From NCBI GenBank assembly GCA_020847275.1, contig JADLCI010000007.1, forward strand, positions 108,272 through 172,271: a DNA stretch of 64,000 nt. Reading direction: 5' to 3'. The stretch's first letter is position 1, and every line of letters begins with the position of its first letter. This DNA is from Candidatus Nomurabacteria bacterium. GTDB taxonomy: Bacteria > Patescibacteriota > Minisyncoccia > Phycocordibacterales > JACOZG01. A program made the position numbers and the translations under genes. The notes beneath the pieces are model-generated. The model made no database searches, was not told where the DNA came from, and saw only the letters and a list, made by a program, of their open reading frames with translations. Positions 57,960 to 64,000 of the stretch are shown piece after piece.

Positions 57960-58883
57960 ATGCCGAGAAATAAACTTTTTAGTTTGATTATAGGAATTGG
58001 AGTTTTCATTCTAGTTGCTGGCGGAGGATATTATTATTGGTGGGCCGGAACTCCTCAATACTCGCTCATCCAAATCAAAGGAGCTGTTGATAACAAAGAC
58101 GTTACTACAGCTCTTTCTTATTTCGACACCGACGCTATTTTTGAGAATCTCTGGACAGATATCCAGGCCCAGGTAGCCGAATCAGCAGTTAAAGATTTGA
58201 AAGACAATCCTTTCGGGGCTCTCGGTGCCGCCCTGGGACAAAGCATGTTGAATAATATGAAGCCAGCTATGAAGCAGAAATTCTCGGATAGTCTTAAAGA
58301 GTCTCTGACAAATCCGTCAACAGCGACTAGCAGTATTGCAACGACAATCCAAGGCAAGAGAACTATTAAGGTAAACGGAGACACTGCTATTGTTACCGTC
58401 GAAAATGGTTTAGAGATGAGGATGCTAAAACAAAGTGACCGCCGGTGGAAAATTATTGCTTTGAAAGGATTGCCTAGTATCGATAATCTAATGTCTAAAG
58501 ACACCGCCCAATCATCTGAACCAAGCAATGATTTAAGCAAGAAAGTTAGTCTGGAAATTACTAAGAAGGGATTCTCTGATGAAAATTATCAAACCAAAAA
58601 TACGCTTGTCTTACAGCTCAACAATCTTACTGGCAAAGATATTCAGGGTGTGAAGGGGAGCATTGTTATTAAAGATCTTTTTGGAGATGCGATTAAGCAC
58701 ATCGATATTTCCTATGACGGTGGATTAAAACAGGGAGAGAGCAAACTCTATTCTATTGGCGTCGAATACAATCAATTTATGGAAGAAGATATTAAGTTGC
58801 GTCAAACTGCATTAGAAAAACTGCAATACGATTGGGAACCAAGCACTATTATCTATGAGGACGGGACAAGAGAAAATTCCTAA
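57960..58883 (+). CDS. Membrane-anchored DUF2939-like protein
   Basis: TM then GTPQYSL...AV...D...YFD. Confidence 0.7.
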   Translation: MPRNKLFSLIIGIGVFILVAGGGYYYWWAGTPQYSLIQIKGAVDNKDVTTALSYFDTDAIFENLWTDIQAQVAESAVKDLKDNPFGALGAALGQSMLNNMKPAMKQKFSDSLKESLTNPSTATSSIATTIQGKRTIKVNGDTAIVTVENGLEMRMLKQSDRRWKIIALKGLPSIDNLMSKDTAQSSEPSNDLSKKVSLEITKKGFSDENYQTKNTLVLQLNNLTGKDIQGVKGSIVIKDLFGDAIKHIDISYDGGLKQGESKLYSIGVEYNQFMEEDIKLRQTALEKLQYDWEPSTIIYEDGTRENS

Positions 58884-58884
58884 T

Positions 58885-59376
58885 ATGTCAAAGAATGGCA
58901 ACGGAAGATCATTCAGCCGAAAATTTGTATCGATAGTTTATTATTTGCCGTCGATCTTTCTCATTATTTTGGGTTTTGTTTTTGCCTCTTCTGGCTCACC
59001 TGGATTAGGAACAGTCGTGTTTGTTGTTGGTGTTTTTTCCTGGCCCCCTCTTGCTAGAGGGGTGAGAAATATAAAATTTCCGTCAATGCCGCGACGGCTG
59101 ACTAACAACGAGAAAAAGGAGCTTCATAGAAATAAAGAAGTCCGCGAAACCAAATGTACCTGTGTGGCTTGTGATAACGTGTGGTTTTACGGAAAATCAG
59201 ACATTCGATTAGAAAATCAAAAGAAGGCCGGGAATCAACTAAAGGTCATGGCCTGTTGTAGTGGTTGTTGGTTACCCGCGATTGCCCTGCCACATCAACG
59301 GGTAATAGATCTTGATAAATGTCCTAAGTGCGGTTCTAAGTCTGTGAAAAAAGAGGAGGTGGTTCATTATGTCTAG
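58885..59376 (+). CDS. Membrane protein with Cys-rich zinc ribbon
   Basis: 2 TM, CVAC, CCSGC, CPKC. Confidence 0.7.
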   Translation: MSKNGNGRSFSRKFVSIVYYLPSIFLIILGFVFASSGSPGLGTVVFVVGVFSWPPLARGVRNIKFPSMPRRLTNNEKKELHRNKEVRETKCTCVACDNVWFYGKSDIRLENQKKAGNQLKVMACCSGCWLPAIALPHQRVIDLDKCPKCGSKSVKKEEVVHYV

Positions 59377-59587
59377 CTTTCTTGTCTATTTAATAATCGT
59401 CTACCAAAACACCCTGTCTCCGTTTCTTTACCATCGTGGAGTAAGATGTCGGTTTTATCCAAGTTGTTCTGAATATGGTATCTTGGCGATAGAAAAATAC
59501 GGGTCTGTCCGAGGCACCATCAAAACATTTAGGAGAATCCATTCCTGTCGTCCCAATAATTTTAGTAGTTGCATTGACTTTCCCTAA
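59369..59587 (+). CDS. YidD-like (membrane insertion efficiency factor/haemolytic domain) protein
   Basis: YQNTLSP...CRFYPSCSEYG...AIEKYG...RIHSCRP. Confidence 0.8.
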   Translation: MSSFLVYLIIVYQNTLSPFLYHRGVRCRFYPSCSEYGILAIEKYGSVRGTIKTFRRIHSCRPNNFSSCIDFP

Positions 59588-59613
59588 TACTACGAAGGCG
59601 CAGAGGACTATCG

Positions 59614-61086
59614 CTAGCCAATCCACGCCGACCCGCCATTGCTGTCGACAAAATCAAGCCAAGCGTTGAATGACCTTTGATTCTCGCTCGTTTCGATAGA
59701 CCCCATGACCGCCATCGCAAAAGCGTCCGCAAGATCATCGTGGTGTTCGACCCCGAACCCAGTTAGTTGGGTAATGAGCGCCTCTGCCCCGCGAGCGGGA
59801 AATTGAATCATTCCGCTTTGGACGTATTGGGAGGTGAGAGCCAGTCTGGTGCGCTTGTCAGTCGTATTCTTGACTGACTCGACCTCAATCCCTTCTATGT
59901 CTAACTGGTCGGCATAAATCTGCTGGAAACCATTGGATTCGACTACCACAGTCGGCGCTACCTCATAGTTAAGGTTTTTTACAACGGCCTTGATTGTCTG
60001 AATCGTTTCCGGATAGGTCATCCGGCGATTCACGACATTGGGCAGAACAAAGAGTTTGAGTTCTCCTTTGTGGCTATAAAGAATAAGGGTAACAATGGCT
60101 GTATAATCGGCGGTTTCTTTCTGTGAAATGGCAAGATCAACACCGACATAGACTCCAACCACTCGCTCTTTCGCTCCTTTCGGCAGCTCAGCGTAATACT
60201 GAATCCATTCGGGGAAAATCACCCGGCTGGAGTCGGAGACGATTCTCAGGAGATATTCCTGTTGCCAAGCGAATTCGTTGGCAACACCCCGCCTGAGGGT
60301 GTCGATTTTTTCTGGCGCATCGAATTTCTCCGGCCAGAGACAGCGGCCTTCTTCATCAAGCAGAGGAAACCAGCGATAGACACCTTTTATGTCCCCGGTA
60401 TCCATCTTCTGCTTCAGGCGCATCATCAGAGAATCTTCATGGAGCAAATTGCCCACTAGAACGACTCGCGTCCCGATATCGCCGAGCGGGATGACCTCGC
60501 GAGTGAACCAATCGAAAACCTTGTTTCGCCCCTCAATGGTTTTGGTGGAATTTAAGTCTTCGACATCATCCAGAATCAGCAGATCGGGACGATGTTCATG
60601 GTGCCGAATGCCACGGATGCTTTGCTCGGCTGAAGCAATCATGATGCGAGCGCCGGTGTTCTGGAAAACCAAAGACGAAATTGCCCAGTCGCCGCCGCCC
60701 GTTTCCTCCCGAAATGGGCCTAAGTCGCTTTTTAACAGCCGGTTATTTTCTAGCTCGAATTTCAGGTTAAGCATCTGTTGGCGAGCCTGAGCCTGAGTGC
60801 GGCAGATAATGAGCACGAATTTCTTCTGCTGTTCGCCCAGAATCGACCATAGGGAATACGACAGAGTAATTAGGGTTGATTTGCCCGAGCCTCGGAAGGC
60901 GACGATACAGGTCAGATTGTTGGAACGGTCTTCGGTCAGTCGGAAAATATCTTTCTGAAATTCGGCAGTCGGATATTTCACATAGTGGGGCAGATAGATG
61001 TGGAAGAACATCAGATGGCTTTGCTTTGCGACCTGTTGTCTGACTAGCCGGTCCCGCGCCAGCGACTCAAAGAGATTAGCTTCCAT
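59614..61086 (-). CDS. terL: Phage terminase large subunit
   Basis: AFRGSGKS Walker A, LLILDDVED, WQQEY, VGVDLA, ADYTA, HDDLADA nuclease motif. Confidence 0.9.
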   Translation of the reverse strand: MEANLFESLARDRLVRQQVAKQSHLMFFHIYLPHYVKYPTAEFQKDIFRLTEDRSNNLTCIVAFRGSGKSTLITLSYSLWSILGEQQKKFVLIICRTQAQARQQMLNLKFELENNRLLKSDLGPFREETGGGDWAISSLVFQNTGARIMIASAEQSIRGIRHHEHRPDLLILDDVEDLNSTKTIEGRNKVFDWFTREVIPLGDIGTRVVLVGNLLHEDSLMMRLKQKMDTGDIKGVYRWFPLLDEEGRCLWPEKFDAPEKIDTLRRGVANEFAWQQEYLLRIVSDSSRVIFPEWIQYYAELPKGAKERVVGVYVGVDLAISQKETADYTAIVTLILYSHKGELKLFVLPNVVNRRMTYPETIQTIKAVVKNLNYEVAPTVVVESNGFQQIYADQLDIEGIEVESVKNTTDKRTRLALTSQYVQSGMIQFPARGAEALITQLTGFGVEHHDDLADAFAMAVMGSIETSENQRSFNAWLDFVDSNGGSAWIG

Positions 61087-61468
61087 TTTTTTCTAGGTTA
61101 ATTCTGGCTAGGGCCAACGCTCGGCGAATCAATTCTTTTTGTGGTGAGGACAGTTCCTCGATTACCTCCAGTTTACCGGCCAATTCGAGGCGCGTGCGGT
61201 AGCTGGGATGGTGGTTCTTTAGCCACATATTCACCGCCCGCAGGTCACGATTCTTGATTGCCGCAATCAACTGGCCCTCGGCCATATCGTTCATCAGCAA
61301 CACGCCATCAGTCATGGCCCGATCGACCTCAGCAGAAAATTCAGGATCATCTTTTTTCCACTGATAGAAGCTGGTCCGTCCGACCCCAGTTTGTTTACAG
61401 GCAATCTCCACGATTGGTGTCTTGCGTAATTGTTCAAGCACGGCACTTTTTAGTTTATGCCTTTTCAT
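61076..61468 (-). CDS. HTH protein, probable terminase small subunit
   Basis: ACKQTGVGRTSFYQWKKDDPEF; overlaps terL start. Confidence 0.72.
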   Translation of the reverse strand: MKRHKLKSAVLEQLRKTPIVEIACKQTGVGRTSFYQWKKDDPEFSAEVDRAMTDGVLLMNDMAEGQLIAAIKNRDLRAVNMWLKNHHPSYRTRLELAGKLEVIEELSSPQKELIRRALALARINLEKNGS

Positions 61469-62819
61469 GGATCAGTTTCGGCTTGAGCCCAGTTAGTTTC
61501 GACCAACGGTGCAGAATGACTTCAGCATAGACCGGTGATTTTTCCATTAGGTAACAGCGCCGCTTCATTTTGGCGGCCGCGATTAGAGTGGAGCCACTGC
61601 CGCCAAACGGCTCCAAGATAAGATCGTCGCGCCTGGTCAGCACCTTGATATACGGAATGAGAATTTCCAGGGGCTTGGTGCCGAAGATGATTCCTTGTCC
61701 GCTAGACTTTTCATCGGCGGCCTTGTAATCAATGAAGTCAGTCGGGCAGATTTTCTTGCCCTTTTCATACCCTTCCCAGTGCGGTTTACCGCTGGTGGCG
61801 AACAGAGCGTTCTCATACTCGGTCTGAAGTAGCTCGTCCGCTTCCGGTTCAGGGTTCTTTAACTTCAGGCCCGGGCTGCTACCAACTAGAGCAATATCCT
61901 GTTTATTGAAGAATTTGTATTTGGCCGCGAACCCTTGAACGCGGTTCGGCAGATGCCAAGTAATGGTGTTGCGGTATTTCCAGTGCTTCTCCAGCTCGTT
62001 CCAGATCGTCCGCAGGTTCTTGGGGTGCTCGAAGACGATAATGGAGAAGTCCGGCTTTTGGACTTTGGCGACGTTGGCCATCCAGCGCTCGGTGAAGTCC
62101 GGCGGCAGGATATCGGTTTCCAGATAGCGCCGGTTCTTCTTGGAACCGAAACCGACTGTCGGTTTGCCGTTCCTGGTCTTGCCTCGCAGATAGTCGAGAA
62201 TATATGGCGGGTCGGTGAAGCACATATCAGCTCGTTCGTTCCCCATCAGCGCTAGCATATCCGCTTCCACCGTGGAGTCACCGCAACGCAATCGGCTACC
62301 GCTCAAGTCGTAAATGTCGCCCTTCTTAACGTTGATTTTCTTGATGTCCAGTTTGGCTAGTTCTTTTTCTAGGTCAAACTGTTCCTCGTTGTCGCCGATC
62401 CCGAAGATGTCATCCAACTCTTCCGAGTCAAAGCCAATGTCAGCCAGCAGCTTCTCGTCAAATTCGGCCAGGAGCGCTAGATCAAACTCACCGGAATTTT
62501 TGTTCAAGCGCAGGTTTAATTCTTTTTCCTTTTCAAGGTCAGGGATATTGACGTAGACTACCGGCACTTCTCTGATATCCATTTGTTTGAGCACTGTGGC
62601 CCGGAAGTTGCCACCGACAATGATTCCCTGGCGACTGGGCGCGGAGTTAACCACCAGTGGGTCAACTACGCCGTAACGAGTAATGCTTTCTTTTAGCTGT
62701 TCGGTCGCTTCCTTTGACCAGCGGCGAGGGTTGATCTCGGGGTGGCGTAGGGAAGCAAGGGGAACATAGTCAATCTGGAGATTCTCTGACGGAACCTTAG
62801 ATTTAATTGTTTTATTCAT
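61455..62819 (-). CDS. ParB/Srx-domain fused DNA methyltransferase (N4/N6, beta class)
   Basis: NPRRW...ESITRYGVVDPLVVN...GGNFR; FTDPPY; TKP; EPFGGSGSTL. Confidence 0.9.
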   Translation of the reverse strand: MNKTIKSKVPSENLQIDYVPLASLRHPEINPRRWSKEATEQLKESITRYGVVDPLVVNSAPSRQGIIVGGNFRATVLKQMDIREVPVVYVNIPDLEKEKELNLRLNKNSGEFDLALLAEFDEKLLADIGFDSEELDDIFGIGDNEEQFDLEKELAKLDIKKINVKKGDIYDLSGSRLRCGDSTVEADMLALMGNERADMCFTDPPYILDYLRGKTRNGKPTVGFGSKKNRRYLETDILPPDFTERWMANVAKVQKPDFSIIVFEHPKNLRTIWNELEKHWKYRNTITWHLPNRVQGFAAKYKFFNKQDIALVGSSPGLKLKNPEPEADELLQTEYENALFATSGKPHWEGYEKGKKICPTDFIDYKAADEKSSGQGIIFGTKPLEILIPYIKVLTRRDDLILEPFGGSGSTLIAAAKMKRRCYLMEKSPVYAEVILHRWSKLTGLKPKLIHEKA

Positions 62820-62854
62820 TTTATTAACTTAATTGACTAATAAATGGACGCAAA

Positions 62855-62907
62855 AACGCCCGGACATAAGCTCGTGCTGTTTTGGCACAAACGTATGTCC
62901 GGGCGTT
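62855..62907 (-). promoter_or_regulatory. Long leader hairpin upstream of ParB-methylase (attenuator/terminator-like)
   Basis: AACGCCCGGACATA...TATGTCCGGGCGTT 14-bp stem ending in a T-run on the minus strand. Confidence 0.7.
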
Positions 62908-62948
62908 CCGAACGATGCTCTATCTAATTTTCAACCAACGATTCTATT

Positions 62949-63221
62949 TTACACCCCCGAATCTTTGTTAGCAAGCACCTTGACGCTATCTCTAATCGAC
63001 AATGATTCCCGAAACTTTAGGTGGGCAAAGCCCCGTCCGCAAACTGGGCATTTGACCCTAATCATGTCGCCGAAATCAACATTGATTTTGACTGGCTTGC
63101 CGTTGTGGAATCTCATTATTTGGTAACTGCCGTCTTCCATTTTGCGCGCTAACGGGATACCACAGTTACAAACGAAGAGTCCACCTGGTTTGACAAAGCC
63201 GGTTGTTGGGGAAAGTGGCAT
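62949..63221 (-). CDS. Small zinc-finger protein, Mu Com-like
   Basis: CNCGIPLAR...IRVKCPVCG; start ATG 63221. Confidence 0.55.
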   Translation of the reverse strand: MPLSPTTGFVKPGGLFVCNCGIPLARKMEDGSYQIMRFHNGKPVKINVDFGDMIRVKCPVCGRGFAHLKFRESLSIRDSVKVLANKDSGV

Positions 63222-63228
63222 GGCCGTT

Positions 63229-63354
63229 TTATTTTTTATCCTTAACCCACTCAACTTTGCCGGGGTGATTCTCGGCGTAGCGCCGCGTGGTGATTTCTCC
63301 TGTGTCGACGTGGTGCGGCTTTTCCTTAGTCCAGTTATGATTTTTCTTGCCCAT
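63229..63354 (-). CDS. Small 41-aa basic protein (below ORF-track cutoff)
   Basis: MGKKNHNWTKEKPHHVDTGEITTRRYAENHPGKVEWVKDKK; fits operon spacing. Confidence 0.5.
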   Translation of the reverse strand: MGKKNHNWTKEKPHHVDTGEITTRRYAENHPGKVEWVKDKK

Positions 63355-63394
63355 AATTAATGTTTTAATTAGTTATTAATTTTCTTACCTAATC

Positions 63395-63703
63395 TTACTT
63401 ACCGACCTTATTATACTTCGGCTGGTACTTTTTTATTTCCTCCGCCTCGTGCCGTTCGGCTTCCGCCACAGTATCACAGCGGTGATAACCAAAGTGGGTA
63501 GCGTCCGGCCAGTAGTCATCACGAAGATGATCTAGTAACCGAACCCGTATTCCGCCATCGCTCGTTCCCTTGCCGATGTACAGAATGGTCAGTTTCCCGT
63601 CAGTCGTCAACATACCACAGTAATAAACGCCAATCGCACTTGAGTCCCACCCCTCGACCACCTTGGCTGTATAATGGTAGGGATACTTAAATGGGTAAAC
63701 CAT
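63395..63703 (-). CDS. Stand-alone GIY-YIG-like nuclease
   Basis: GVYY...LYIGKG...IRVRL..H...EAEEIKKYQPKYN. Confidence 0.72.
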   Translation of the reverse strand: MVYPFKYPYHYTAKVVEGWDSSAIGVYYCGMLTTDGKLTILYIGKGTSDGGIRVRLLDHLRDDYWPDATHFGYHRCDTVAEAERHEAEEIKKYQPKYNKVGK

Positions 63704-63780
63704 AATTTGCTATACTTAACTAGTAATCACTGATCTGCGGTGACAATCGCTCGACCCCCAGTTGCCATTCCGCTAACCCA

Positions 63781-63808
63781 AGTATAGCAATATGATAATG
63801 CTTGTCAA
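63781..63808 (-). promoter_or_regulatory. Leftward promoter of element backbone
   Basis: TTGACA (63808-03)-16 nt-TATACT (63786-81) with extended TG. Confidence 0.65.
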
Positions 63809-63836
63809 ATCATTACGAAAAGTGTAAGCTATCAGT

Positions 63837-64000
63837 ATGAAAAACGACCAAAATAAGCCATTTTTTATAGGTGGCCGTATTCGGGAGGCGCGAGAGGCTG
63901 TGGATATCTCACAACTGGACCTGGCCAAAGCCTTGGGGTACGAGTCTGCCACAGCCATATCACTGATTGAAAGTGGAGCGCGAAACCTTCGAGCGGAGGA
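63837..64000 (+). CDS. XRE-family HTH repressor (3'-truncated by window)
   Basis: MKNDQNKPFFIGGRIREAREAVDISQLDLAKALGYESATAISLIESGARNL. Confidence 0.85.
   Translation, partial: MKNDQNKPFFIGGRIREAREAVDISQLDLAKALGYESATAISLIESGARNLRAE

Larger units (their letters stand above)
47283..64000. mobile_element. Integrated element (satellite- or defective-prophage-like) with defence cargo; right end beyond window
   Basis: Large serine recombinase, TerL, TerS, ParB-methylase and XRE repressor; backbone on minus strand, cargo on plus; att sites not identified. Confidence 0.7.

Overview
This 64-kb window reads as a Patescibacteria/CPR (Parcubacteria-like) chromosome in standard code 11. The assignment is inferred from a type IV pilus locus without pilQ, streamlined housekeeping proteins and mostly leaderless genes. 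The region 1-44.5 kb is mostly core. It holds an Ig-repeat surface protein, comF, a full pilMNO-pilB-RR-pilT-pilC locus with three pilins, pilD and minor pilins, then ligA, gatCA, a five-tRNA cluster, prfB, ftsEX, an ABC transporter, tRNA-Gln, a UvrD/PD-(D/E)XK helicase-nuclease, rnj, secG, groESL, a large beta-helix surface protein, lemA-htpX and tRNA-Ser. After tRNA-Ser lies accessory DNA. First comes a self-contained two-gene operon: a degenerate MetRS-like class I aaRS-fold protein plus a pol-beta-family nucleotidyltransferase. Next is an integrated element (about 47.3 kb to the window end) whose minus-strand backbone is GIY-YIG, Com-like zinc finger, ParB-DNA methylase, TerS, TerL and a large serine recombinase, with no portal or capsid gene in view. 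It carries a plus-strand defence cargo: a type I R-M system with an HTH-fused HsdM and nested HEPN-like and Shedu genes, bracketed by an identical 17-bp direct repeat. Other leads are a probable orphan DGR target gene (32.6-33.2 kb), two unidentified structured intergenic RNAs (24.1 and 57.8 kb), an atypical initiator tRNA, a shortened RF2 and a LigA without zinc-finger cysteines. All family calls come from motif recognition by eye; no searches were run.
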